Shown piece by piece: positions 8,795 through 17,644 of a stretch of DNA of 64,000 bases (within the stretch, counting starts at the first letter, position 1; every line of letters begins with the position of its first letter). The notes below the pieces were generated by a model. That model was given only the letters and a program-made list of their open reading frames with translations, was not told the DNA's origin and did no database searches. A program made the translations under genes and the position numbers. The stretch is from Armatimonadota bacterium (lineage in GTDB: Bacteria; Armatimonadota; SYMT01), in the NCBI GenBank assembly GCA_046292385.1, contig JBKBRF010000005.1, forward strand, positions 103,744-167,743. Direction: 5' to 3'.

Positions 8795-9955
8795 CTAGTG
8801 GCTTCTGCCACCCCGGCGGGGGCGTTCGGGGCGGTAGTAGCTGCGGAGGTTGCGGTCCATCAGCTCCTGCTCCTCCTCCGCCACTTCCTTCAGGTTCCCG
8901 AAGATCATCTTTCCGGCCACGGTCTGCAGCACGCTGGTGACCACCGCCACGACGGTCTCGCCGACGCGGGAGCGGGCGTGCTCGACCACTACCATCGTGC
9001 CGTCGTCCAGGTAAGCGATGCCCTGGCCGGGCTCCTTGCCCTCTTTGATGACGTGGACGGTCAGCTCTTCCCCGGGTAGGACCACCGGCTTGAGAGAGTT
9101 GGCGAGCTGGTTCACGTTCAGGACGGAGACTCCCTGCAGCTCGGCCACCTTGTTCAGGTTGAAGTCGTTCGTCACGATGGAGCCGTTCATCTCCTTCGCC
9201 AGCCGCACCAGCTTGCTATCCACCGGCTCGTGCTCGCCGCCCTTGACCAGGTGGTCGTAGGTGCGGACGATCAGGCTGAACTCCTTCTGCATGTCGTTCA
9301 GGATATCGAGCCCCCGCCGGCCGCGGGCGCGCTTGAGGGAGTCGCTCGAGTCGGCGATCGTCTGGAGCTCGTCCAGCACGAAGCCGGGCACGTAGAGCGT
9401 GCCCTCGATGAAGCCGGTCCGGCAGATCTCTGAGATGCGGCCATCGATGATGATGTTCGTATCGAGGATCTTCACCTGTTCCAGTGCCGAGCGGTCTTCC
9501 GCCACGGCCCCGTACGGCGGCAGCAGCTTGCGGAGCTCATCCCGCATGCTCATGGCCCCCTGGGTGGCGAGGAAGACCATCGTAAACAGGAGCCCGATCC
9601 CCAGCGTGATCCGGAGCAGCGGCTCGGTGATCTGATTCAGCAGCGGCACCAGGAGGAAGGTCAGCAGCAGGCCGATGACGGCCCCGACGCAGAGGGCGAT
9701 CTTGTCATTGGCCGGCATCTCGCGCAGGTTCTCGGCGAGATGGGTGATGTAGTAGCTGACCTTGGAGTAGGCGAAGATGCCGGCGAGGATGCCGATTACG
9801 GTGAAACCGATCCGGCTCAGGTTGCGCAGGTTCGGAATGTCCCCGATGTACGCGTCGATGGTCGGGATGCTGGTATACCAGATCCCGACGCGGTACCCCA
9901 GGTAAGCGCCAACTACAGAGAGGACGAGCAGCAGAACGGCGCGGACGATAGCCAC
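8795..9955 (-). CDS. Membrane PIN/TRAM domain protein (YacL-like)
   Basis: Four N-terminal TM segments, ILDTNIIIDGRI, VTNDFNLNKVA and GIAYLDDGTMVVVE. Conserved position upstream of ispD. Confidence 0.95.
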   Translation of the reverse strand: MAIVRAVLLLVLSVVGAYLGYRVGIWYTSIPTIDAYIGDIPNLRNLSRIGFTVIGILAGIFAYSKVSYYITHLAENLREMPANDKIALCVGAVIGLLLTFLLVPLLNQITEPLLRITLGIGLLFTMVFLATQGAMSMRDELRKLLPPYGAVAEDRSALEQVKILDTNIIIDGRISEICRTGFIEGTLYVPGFVLDELQTIADSSDSLKRARGRRGLDILNDMQKEFSLIVRTYDHLVKGGEHEPVDSKLVRLAKEMNGSIVTNDFNLNKVAELQGVSVLNVNQLANSLKPVVLPGEELTVHVIKEGKEPGQGIAYLDDGTMVVVEHARSRVGETVVAVVTSVLQTVAGKMIFGNLKEVAEEEQELMDRNLRSYYRPERPRRGGRSH

Positions 9956-10232
9956 AACGATTTTCTCCTGGCCGCATCACGTCCGGCGGTGGCGCGTGGC
10001 GGACCCGGAAGTTGATTGATAGGGCGGCATCTCAGCGCCCGGGCGAGGGGCTCCGGCTTGCTGTCCGGAGGCCGTCACGTCACAGTCTGAGAAGCCGCAG
10101 CTCGATCGGCGGGTTGTCTGAATAACCGACAAGCTGCCGGTAGAGCACACTCAGGACCGCCATACGGTCTTTGTTCCGGCAGAGCCTCCCGCTGTCCTCT
10201 TTTCGCGTCGAAGGGCGCCGAAACCCGCCCCG

Positions 10233-11150
10233 CTAGCGCGCAGCCCGGTGCCGCAGCACGCCCCGGCGCGGGGCCGAGACCGGCGCGGACTGACGTGCTG
10301 ATTCTACCGCCATTTGCATCTCCGCGTGGTAAAGCCGCGGAAGCGCTCCGTATTCCAGGTAGAGCGACTGCTGCTCGATGAGGAAGTAGCGACGGCCGAG
10401 GCGCATCGCGGCCTCCGCCGTGGTGCCGGTGCCTCCGAACGGGTCGAGCACCAGGTCTCCGGGCCGGGTGCAGGCGGAGACGATCCGCTGTAGCAGCGGC
10501 AGCGGCTTCTCCGTGCTGTGCAGCTTCTTGCCGTCGCCGCCCTTCTTACGGGCGTCGCCGTTGCAGATCGGGAAGCGCCAGACGCTGCGCATCTGCTTGC
10601 CGCCGTTCGCCTGCTTCAGGTCGTGGTAGTTAAAGGTGTAGCCGCGCGCGTACCGCTCCCCCTTGGCCGCCCAGATCATCTCCTCGTGCGCGTTGCAGAA
10701 GCGCACGCCCCGGAAGTGCGGCGTGGGGTTCGTCTTCTCCCAGATCACGCTGTTCAGCATCCAGTAGCCGAGGTCTTGCATCAGCGTGCCGATCCGGAAG
10801 ATGTTGTGGTAGCTGCCGATCACCCAGAGCGTGCCGGTGTCTTTCAGCACCCGCTGGCACTGGGTCAGCCACTCCCGGCAGAAGCGATCGTACTCCGCCC
10901 AGTCCGCAAACTGGTCCCACGCGTCGTCCACCGCGTCTACCACCGTGTTGTTGGGCCGGCGCAGCTCGTTCTGGAGCTGCAGGAAATAGGGCGGGTCCGC
11001 GAAGATGAGGTCCACGCTCCGGTCCGGCAGGTCGCTCAACACCCGGCAGCAGTCGCCCTGCACCACCCAGCTGCGGCTCAGGTCGTACACCTGCTCCGGC
11101 ACGTGGCGGATGAACCGGGGGGTGAGTTGCGAGAGAGCGGATCGATCCAT
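10233..11150 (-). CDS. Beta-class N6-adenine DNA methyltransferase, CcrM/M.HinfI-like, orphan
   Basis: FADPPYFLQL..RPNNTVVDAVDDAWDQF, IGSYHNIFR, QMRSVW, HSTEKP and VLDPFGGTGTT. Confidence 0.9.
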   Translation of the reverse strand: MDRSALSQLTPRFIRHVPEQVYDLSRSWVVQGDCCRVLSDLPDRSVDLIFADPPYFLQLQNELRRPNNTVVDAVDDAWDQFADWAEYDRFCREWLTQCQRVLKDTGTLWVIGSYHNIFRIGTLMQDLGYWMLNSVIWEKTNPTPHFRGVRFCNAHEEMIWAAKGERYARGYTFNYHDLKQANGGKQMRSVWRFPICNGDARKKGGDGKKLHSTEKPLPLLQRIVSACTRPGDLVLDPFGGTGTTAEAAMRLGRRYFLIEQQSLYLEYGALPRLYHAEMQMAVESARQSAPVSAPRRGVLRHRAAR

Positions 11151-11398
11151 GTGGGGGAACCTCCGGGGCCGACTTTTGTATTCCTGTGCGGGAATCTAGA
11201 TAAACTCGCGGATTCCAACGACTATGTCGGCTGCGCCCTCGCGGCGGCACAGGGCTGCTCGCTTGCTGGCCCCGGATGCGGGGCGGAGAGGCAGACATTC
11301 GGCGGGGCTGCCGCCCCTCCACAGGCCCCCTTGTGATACCGTTTACGGATTGATCCAACCAACTTTAAGCAAGCGAGCTGTGAAGGAGTGGCCTCTCG

Positions 11399-12457
11399 AT
11401 GGAGAGCGAGTCTTTTGAGTTTCTTCGGGCCCTGGTAGAGACCGGCGGGCCCTCCGGCTACGAGCAGCCGGTGCAGGCGGTCTACCGGCGGCAGGCAGAA
11501 GCTTATGGGGCGAGCGTGGAGATCGACGTGCTGGGGAACGCGATCGCCACGATCAACGCCGGCGGCGCTCCCCGCGTGATGCTCGCCGGACACGCGGACG
11601 AAATCGGGTTCCTGGTCCGTCACATCGACGACGACGGCTACATCTACTTCGGGCCGGTCGGCGGCTGGGATGCCGAGATCGTGGTGGGCCAGCGGGTGAC
11701 GGTCCACACGGAGAACGGCCCGGTCTGCGGCGTGATCGGCAAGCGGGCGATCCACCTGATGGACGAGGAAGACCGCCGGAAGAAGAGCGAGCTCTACAAG
11801 CTCTGGATCGATCTCGGCGTCACCTGCAGGGCCGACGCGGAGGCGCTGGTCACCATCGGCGATCCGGTGACGATGCGCCAGCCGCTGGAGCGCCTCCACG
11901 GAGACATGGTCGCGGCCAAGAGCTTCGACAACCGGATGGCGGTCTGGGTGTGCGCGGAGACGCTGCGCCTGCTGCGCGGTGCGGAGCTGAAGGCGGCGGT
12001 CTACAGCGTCTCCACCGTCCAGGAGGAGATCGGCCTCCGCGGCGCGCGGACTTCTTCGTTCGGCATCAATCCGCAGGTCGGCATTGCGCTCGACGTCTGC
12101 CACTCCACCGACTATCCCGAGGCCGACAAGCGGAAAGTGGGCGACATTCGCCTCGGCCGCGGCCCGGTGATCTCGCGCGGCGCGAACATCAACCCGCGCG
12201 TCTTCGAGCTGCTGGTCCGCACCGCCCGCGAAGACGGCATCCCCTACCAGGTCGAGGCCGCCCCCGCCGGCACCGGCACGGATGCCAACGCCATGCAGCT
12301 GAACCAGGCCGGCATGGCGACCGGCCTCGTCTCGGTCCCGCTCCGGTACATGCACACCCCGTGCGAGATGCTCTCGCTCGCCGACCTGGAAAACGCCGCC
12401 CGCCTCTGCGCCGGCTTCATCCGCCGCATCAGCGGCGACGAGAGCTGGATCCCGTAG
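11399..12457 (+). CDS. M42 family metallo-aminopeptidase
   Basis: GHADEIG, FDNR, VQEEIGLRGA, GTDA and LRYMHTPCE. Confidence 0.95.
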   Translation: MESESFEFLRALVETGGPSGYEQPVQAVYRRQAEAYGASVEIDVLGNAIATINAGGAPRVMLAGHADEIGFLVRHIDDDGYIYFGPVGGWDAEIVVGQRVTVHTENGPVCGVIGKRAIHLMDEEDRRKKSELYKLWIDLGVTCRADAEALVTIGDPVTMRQPLERLHGDMVAAKSFDNRMAVWVCAETLRLLRGAELKAAVYSVSTVQEEIGLRGARTSSFGINPQVGIALDVCHSTDYPEADKRKVGDIRLGRGPVISRGANINPRVFELLVRTAREDGIPYQVEAAPAGTGTDANAMQLNQAGMATGLVSVPLRYMHTPCEMLSLADLENAARLCAGFIRRISGDESWIP

Positions 12458-12470
12458 CGCTGCGCGGCTT

Positions 12471-12635
12471 GACGGAGAGATAGAGGGACCTTCCGGGACG
12501 GAGAGACAGAGCGACGGAGAGACGGGGTGAATCCGAACCCCTGAATGCGCAAAGCGGACTCTGCCCGTCGCAGACAGCTCTCCCCGTCCCTCTGTCTCTC
12601 CGTCTCTCCGTCTCTCTGTCCCCGAAGGTCTCTCC
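12471..12635. repeat. Inverted 8-mer (GAGAGACG/GAGGGACA) arm element upstream of ftsE
   Basis: GGGACGGAGAGACAGAGCGACGGAGAGACGGGG ... CCCCGTCCCTCTGTCTCTCCGTCTCTCCGTCTCTCTGTCCC. Single arms also at 20068-20117, 28876-28910 and 31727-31777. Confidence 0.8.
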
Positions 12636-12710
12636 GTCTTCGTCGTCCGTAGCGCCTCGGCTTCGGAAAAGAGGGAGAGGCTGCTGCGGATCGCCGGGGC
12701 AGGGTCCGAC

Positions 12711-13460
12711 ATGGAGAGTGTGATCGACGGCATACCCTTCAAGATGGGCGAGACCCCGATGGTCGAGCTGGTGGACGTCACGCTCCGCCACCGGGAGAAG
12801 AACCTCGCGCTGCAGAACGTGTGCTGCCGGGTGTCCCGCGGCGAGCTCGTCTTTGTCGTCGGCCACACCGGCAGCGGGAAGTCTTCCCTCCTCCGCCTGC
12901 TCAACCGCGAGCTGCGGCCCACCTCCGGGCAGGTCTGGGTCGACGGGCAGGACGTCACCCGGCTCCGCCCGCGCGACATCCCCGCGCTGCGGCGCAAGAT
13001 CGGCGTCGTCTTCCAGGATTTCCGGCTGCTGCCGGACCGCACCATCGAGGAGAACGTCGCCTTCGCGCTGCGGGTGATCGGCGTGCACGGAAAGGCGCTC
13101 CGCGGCCGCACTTTCGACGCGCTCCAGTGCGTGGGGCTGATGTCGAAAGGCAAGATGTATCCGCACCAGGTCTCCGGCGGGGAGCAGCAGCGGGCCGCGC
13201 TGGCCCGCGCCATCGTCAACTCCCCGCAGCTCCTCATCGCCGACGAGCCGACCGGAAACCTCGACCCTGAGACCTCGCACGGGATCATGCAGCTCCTGGA
13301 GCAGATCAACGCCACCGGCACCACCGTGCTGGTAGCGACCCACGACCAGCAGATCGTCGACTCGATGCAGAAGCGCGTCCTCGCCCTGCACGAAGGGCGT
13401 CTCGTCCGCGACTCGACCGGAGGCTACACCCCCACCCCACCCCCGCTCATCCTTCGTTAG
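12711..13460 (+). CDS. ftsE: Cell division ATP-binding protein FtsE
   Basis: Walker A GHTGSGKS, VFQDFRLL, SGGEQQR and ADEPTGNLDP, upstream of ftsX. Start could be 12744 or 12759. Confidence 0.95.
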   Translation: MESVIDGIPFKMGETPMVELVDVTLRHREKNLALQNVCCRVSRGELVFVVGHTGSGKSSLLRLLNRELRPTSGQVWVDGQDVTRLRPRDIPALRRKIGVVFQDFRLLPDRTIEENVAFALRVIGVHGKALRGRTFDALQCVGLMSKGKMYPHQVSGGEQQRAALARAIVNSPQLLIADEPTGNLDPETSHGIMQLLEQINATGTTVLVATHDQQIVDSMQKRVLALHEGRLVRDSTGGYTPTPPPLILR

Positions 13461-13484
13461 CGGGTTCGGCTGGGGACCCGTTTC

Positions 13485-13932
13485 ACCGCAGAGAGCGCAG
13501 AGGACGCAGAGATGAGGGACCGGCTCAATCAACTCAGCGAGTCGATCATCGGAGCGGCGATCCGAGTCCATCAGGAGCTCGGCCCCGGTCTGTTGGAGAG
13601 CACCTACGAGGCCTGCCTCGCCTTCGAGCTCCGCGAGCTGGGGTTGGAGGTGGAAACGCAGAAGGCACTCCCGGTTGTCTACCGGGGCGTACGGCTGGAC
13701 TGCGGGTACCGGCTCGATCTGCTGGTGGAAGAGCGGGTGGTGGTGGAGATAAAGGCGGTCGATGCGCTGGCCGCGATCCACGAGGCTCAGGTCCTATCCT
13801 ATCTGCGCCACTCGGGATGTTGTCTCGGATTGTTGATCAACTTCAACGTAGAGCGGCTACACACCGGTGTTCGCCGGCTGGTCCATCAGTTCCCCTCATA
13901 ATCCTCTCTGCGCCCTTTGCGGCCTCTGCGGT
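13485..13932 (+). mobile_element. GxxExxY cassette bounded by 28-nt imperfect inverted arms
   Basis: Left arm 13485-13512 ACCGCAGAGAGCGCAGAGGACGCAGAGA and right arm 13905-13932 are 24/28 complementary. The cassette separates ftsE from ftsX. Confidence 0.65.
13512..13901 (+). CDS. GxxExxY protein (PD-(D/E)xK-like)
   Basis: LGPGLLESTYE motif, YRLDLLVE..VVEIKAV, QVLSYL and GLLINFN; 129 aa. Confidence 0.95.
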   Translation: MRDRLNQLSESIIGAAIRVHQELGPGLLESTYEACLAFELRELGLEVETQKALPVVYRGVRLDCGYRLDLLVEERVVVEIKAVDALAAIHEAQVLSYLRHSGCCLGLLINFNVERLHTGVRRLVHQFPS

Positions 13933-13947
13933 TAGACACCCAAACCC

Positions 13948-14829
13948 ATGTTCAGCAGTCTCTGGTTTCTCATCGGTGAGTGTGCTCGGAACCTCCGCCG
14001 GCAGGGGTTGATGACGCTCGCTTCGATCAGCACCACCGCCATCGCGCTGACGATCATGGGGGTGGCGGGGCTGGTCGGCTGGCAGGTGTTCGCGGTGCTG
14101 GACGGCGCGCCGCGGCGGATGGAGATCCACGCCTTCTTCCGGACCGGTCTGCCGCGCACGGAGGCGCTGGAAGTGGTGCGGCAGGTGGAGCAGCTCCCCG
14201 GGGTGATCCGGGTGCACCTGGTGACGCGGGAGCAGGCCTGGACCGAGTTCCGCAAGAGTCACCTCCACCGGGACGTGCTGGAAGGCTTCAAGGAGAACCC
14301 CCTGCCGGACAAGCTCCACGTGGTGGCCCAGAGCCCGGAGCTGACGCTGCAGGTGGCGGACCGCATCCGCCAGATGCCGGGGATCGACGCGGTAAACGAG
14401 GGTAAGCAGGTGCTGAGCCAGCTCCTGCGGCTGATGTATATCGCGCGCACCGTGGGGCTGATCCTGGGCGGCGTGATGCTGATCGGGACGGCGGTCCTGG
14501 TGAGCAACGCGATCCGGATGACGCTCTACGCCCGGCGGCGGGACATCCGGGTGATGCAGCTCGTCGGCGCGACCAACGGCTTCATCCGCCTGCCGTTCCT
14601 GATGGAGGGGCTGGTGGAGGGCACGCTGGGCGGCGCCCTGGCCTGCGGCGCGCTGCTGGCGGCATTCCAGTACTACAGCTCCACCCTGCTGCCGCGGGTC
14701 CCGCTGCTCAACCAGTTCGACATGGCCCTGGAGCTGCCGCTCCTCTGCGGGGCGCTCCTGGCGGCCGGCGGCTGCATCGGCCTGCTGGGCAGCCTCGTCT
14801 CTCTTCGTCGCTTCCTGCAGCCCGCCTGA
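13948..14829 (+). CDS. ftsX: Cell division permease FtsX
   Basis: ENPLPD, NAIRMTLYARRRDIRVMQLVGAT..FIRLPF; four TM segments. Confidence 0.95.
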   Translation: MFSSLWFLIGECARNLRRQGLMTLASISTTAIALTIMGVAGLVGWQVFAVLDGAPRRMEIHAFFRTGLPRTEALEVVRQVEQLPGVIRVHLVTREQAWTEFRKSHLHRDVLEGFKENPLPDKLHVVAQSPELTLQVADRIRQMPGIDAVNEGKQVLSQLLRLMYIARTVGLILGGVMLIGTAVLVSNAIRMTLYARRRDIRVMQLVGATNGFIRLPFLMEGLVEGTLGGALACGALLAAFQYYSSTLLPRVPLLNQFDMALELPLLCGALLAAGGCIGLLGSLVSLRRFLQPA

Positions 14830-14913
14830 CCCGGCCGGTCTGTTCGTTCGCACCGGCCGCCGCTCCGCCCGTCCCGTCGGGTAAAGCGCGGCCGGTTCCG
14901 GAGTCCTTCTGCG

Positions 14914-16101
14914 ATGCCGTCTTCCCCACGCCCCCCTGCCAGCGCGAACCCGGCCCTGAAGTGGGTGGCCGCCGGCGCCGTGCTCCTCACCCTCGGCACG
15001 GTCCTCACCTCGGAGGCGGCGAAGCCGAGTAAGAAGGCGCGGATCCAGGCGCTCCGGCAGCGGCTTAAGTCGCTCTCGCAAAAGAAGGCGGACCAGCGCC
15101 AGGAGCTGCGGGAGACGAAGCGCACCCAGGGACGCTTGGCGGACCAGATCCAGGCCAGCTACGAAGATCTGGAGCGCGCCACCGAGGCGCTGCAGGCGTC
15201 CGAGCGGCGCCTGGAAGCGGCGGAAGCCGAGGTAGCCGAGACGACCGAGCGACTCCGGGTGGCCGAGGAGCGCCTCCGGGAGCAGCAGCGTCTCTTTGGG
15301 AAGCGGATCGCCTACTACTATAAGGAAGGGTCCACTTCCTACCTCGACGTGCTGCTGCAGGCGCGAGACATCGGCGACTTCCTGGACCGGCAGTACTACA
15401 TGGACCGGATCATGGACCAGGACGCCGCCCTGGTGTCCGGGCTCCGGCGCACCCAGGAAGAAGTGCGGCAGCAGCGGCTCCGGCTGCTCGAGCGCAAGGC
15501 GAAGCTGGCGCAGGCGCATGAGGAGAACGCGCAGCGGGTGCAGCTCGTGAGCGACCAGACGCTCAAGCTGGAGCGGTTCATGAAGTCGATCCAGAAAGAA
15601 CGCGCCCTGCAGGAACAGCGGCTGATCGAGATGGAAGAGGATTCGCGGGGCGTGGAGCGCTCGCTCGCGGCGGAGCTGAGCCGCAGATCCGCAAATCCGG
15701 GGAAGTACCGGAACCTTCCGAAGTGGTCCGGTCGCCTATACATGCCGGCAAGGGGCCCGATCACCTCTCGATTCGGTTACCGCACGCACCCGGTACTCAG
15801 GTACCGCAGGCTGCACTCGGGGGTCGATATCGGGGCCGGGACCGGCTCTCCAGTCTACGCCGCGGCGGACGGCGAGGTCTTCTTCGCGTCTTGGCGTGGC
15901 GGATATGGCAAGTGTATAATCCTGCTACATGGCGGGGGAGTATCCACTCTGTATGGACATCTCTCCCGCATCGATGTTCGATCCGGGCAGGACGTGCGAA
16001 GAGGGCAGCGGATTGGCGCTGTGGGAAGCACCGGTCTTAGCACCGGCCCGCACCTCCATTTCGAGGTGCGCCGGAATGGGGTGCCGGTAAACCCGCTTTG
16101 A
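14914..16101 (+). CDS. EnvC-like coiled-coil / M23 peptidase
   Basis: Signal segment, long coiled coil, HSGVDI, LYGHLS and STGPHLHFEVR with Zn ligands intact. Confidence 0.92.
   Translation: MPSSPRPPASANPALKWVAAGAVLLTLGTVLTSEAAKPSKKARIQALRQRLKSLSQKKADQRQELRETKRTQGRLADQIQASYEDLERATEALQASERRLEAAEAEVAETTERLRVAEERLREQQRLFGKRIAYYYKEGSTSYLDVLLQARDIGDFLDRQYYMDRIMDQDAALVSGLRRTQEEVRQQRLRLLERKAKLAQAHEENAQRVQLVSDQTLKLERFMKSIQKERALQEQRLIEMEEDSRGVERSLAAELSRRSANPGKYRNLPKWSGRLYMPARGPITSRFGYRTHPVLRYRRLHSGVDIGAGTGSPVYAAADGEVFFASWRGGYGKCIILLHGGGVSTLYGHLSRIDVRSGQDVRRGQRIGAVGSTGLSTGPHLHFEVRRNGVPVNPL
15891..15920 (+). promoter_or_regulatory. Candidate internal sigma70 promoter inside the M23 gene
   Basis: TTGGCG-N18-TATAAT in a locally AT-richer patch, about 200 nt upstream of the first S41 gene. 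Confidence 0.4.
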
Positions 16102-16127
16102 TCTGTTCTGCGGAGATCAGAAGTATT

Positions 16128-17594
16128 ATGCGACAAAGAGAACCAATCTGGTGGGTAGGCGCGACCGTCGCGGTACTGGCCGGTTTTTCCTTCTTCTCCG
16201 GCCTCGGTATCCGCGGCCTTTACGCTCAGGTCGCCTCCGGCCGGGAGGACGTCTCCAATCTCCCCAAGCTGGCGTCCACCGCGCCCCGGGTTCCCGATCC
16301 GGATCTCCGCCCGGCCGAGCTCTACTGGGACGTGCTCCATAAGCTGCAGCTCTATTACGTGGAGCCGCTTCCCCCCAAGTCGAAGCTCGCGTACGGCGCG
16401 ATCGACACCATGCTCAACCAGCTCAAGGACCCCAACACGCGTCTCTTGAGCCCGGAAGAAATGTCTGCCCTGAAGGGCGTGGGCGAGGGCCGCTTCACCG
16501 GTCTCGGCGCCGTGCTGACGGTCCGCCGCTACAACAACCGCCCGGACGCCGCGATGCCGGTGGATGAAGAGGGCGGCAACGCGGACGAGGCGAGCCGCGG
16601 CGTCCGCACGATCACGGTGGTGAGCGTGCCGCCGGGCACTCCGGCCGATAAGGCCGGGCTGCAGCCGGGCGACCGCATCACGGAGATCGACGGCAAGTGG
16701 GTGGCGCCGATCCACCTCTCCTACCGCGTGCTGACCCAGCTCACCGATCCCGCGGGCCCGCAGGACGGCCAGCCGGATAGCCCGCACGAGGATCCCGAGC
16801 GGCCCGAGCCGGATCCGAAGCGCGAGCAGCTCCGCAAAGAAGCCGAAGAGGAAGCCAAGCGCTGGAAGACGGCGACCGACCTGGCCAGCGGAATGACGCT
16901 CCTCGCCAGCACCGCCGGCGAGCACGAGCTGACGGTCGAGCGCGGCACGCCGGCCAAGACCGTGAAGGTCCGCGTTAACCTCGCCGACACGCAGGTTCCG
17001 CTGGTCAGCGCCCGCAAGTTGAACGGCGCCAACGGCTACCTGCAGGTGCTGGCGTTCGACGCCGCCACGGTGAAGAAGGCGGGCGAAGAGCTGGCCGCGC
17101 TGAAGAAGCAGGGCGTGAAGCACCTGGTGCTCGACCTGCGGCAGAACGCCGGCGGCAGCCTGGAAGCCACGCGCGACCTCGCCGGAATGCTGATGGGCGA
17201 CGGCAAGTTTGCCACCGTGAAGGAATATGTCACCCAGGCGGACGGCAGCCGCAAGCTGACGGACCGGCCGCTGGTGATCAAGGGCGTCACGCCGGTGCTC
17301 AAGCCGGCATCTCTTAGCGTGCTGGTGAACGGCGGCACGGCCGGCACGGCCGAGCTGCTCGCCGCCTCGCTGCGGGACGGGCTGAGCGCCAAGCTGGTCG
17401 GATCCGAGACGTTCGGCGCCGGCACCATTCAGGAAGTGCATCCCCTCCCCAACGGCGCGGGCGTCAGCATTACCCGCGCCAAGGTGTTGACGGCCCGGGG
17501 CATCGACTTCGATGCGAAGGGTCTCAAGGCTGACGTTGCTCCCCAGGGCGACCCGGTCGAAGCCGCGGTCAAGGCCCTGTCGGCCGGCGCCTAG
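16128..17594 (+). CDS. S41/CtpA-like PDZ protease homolog, catalytic residues substituted
   Basis: DPNT, PDZ (PGTPADKAGLQPGDRI) and VLDLRQNAGG are present, but TAGTAE replaces SASASE and TFGAG replaces TFGKG. Confidence 0.85.
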   Translation: MRQREPIWWVGATVAVLAGFSFFSGLGIRGLYAQVASGREDVSNLPKLASTAPRVPDPDLRPAELYWDVLHKLQLYYVEPLPPKSKLAYGAIDTMLNQLKDPNTRLLSPEEMSALKGVGEGRFTGLGAVLTVRRYNNRPDAAMPVDEEGGNADEASRGVRTITVVSVPPGTPADKAGLQPGDRITEIDGKWVAPIHLSYRVLTQLTDPAGPQDGQPDSPHEDPERPEPDPKREQLRKEAEEEAKRWKTATDLASGMTLLASTAGEHELTVERGTPAKTVKVRVNLADTQVPLVSARKLNGANGYLQVLAFDAATVKKAGEELAALKKQGVKHLVLDLRQNAGGSLEATRDLAGMLMGDGKFATVKEYVTQADGSRKLTDRPLVIKGVTPVLKPASLSVLVNGGTAGTAELLAASLRDGLSAKLVGSETFGAGTIQEVHPLPNGAGVSITRAKVLTARGIDFDAKGLKADVAPQGDPVEAAVKALSAGA

Positions 17595-17644
17595 CCCCGG
17601 CAGGAACCTCTAAAGCGGCATCCAAGGCTTCCGAAGGACACGCA

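Noticed and set aside
10233..13901. Restriction-modification system formed by the methylase with the GxxExxY or Uma2 protein
   Set aside because: The genes are not adjacent or co-oriented, and neither family is an established cognate restriction enzyme.
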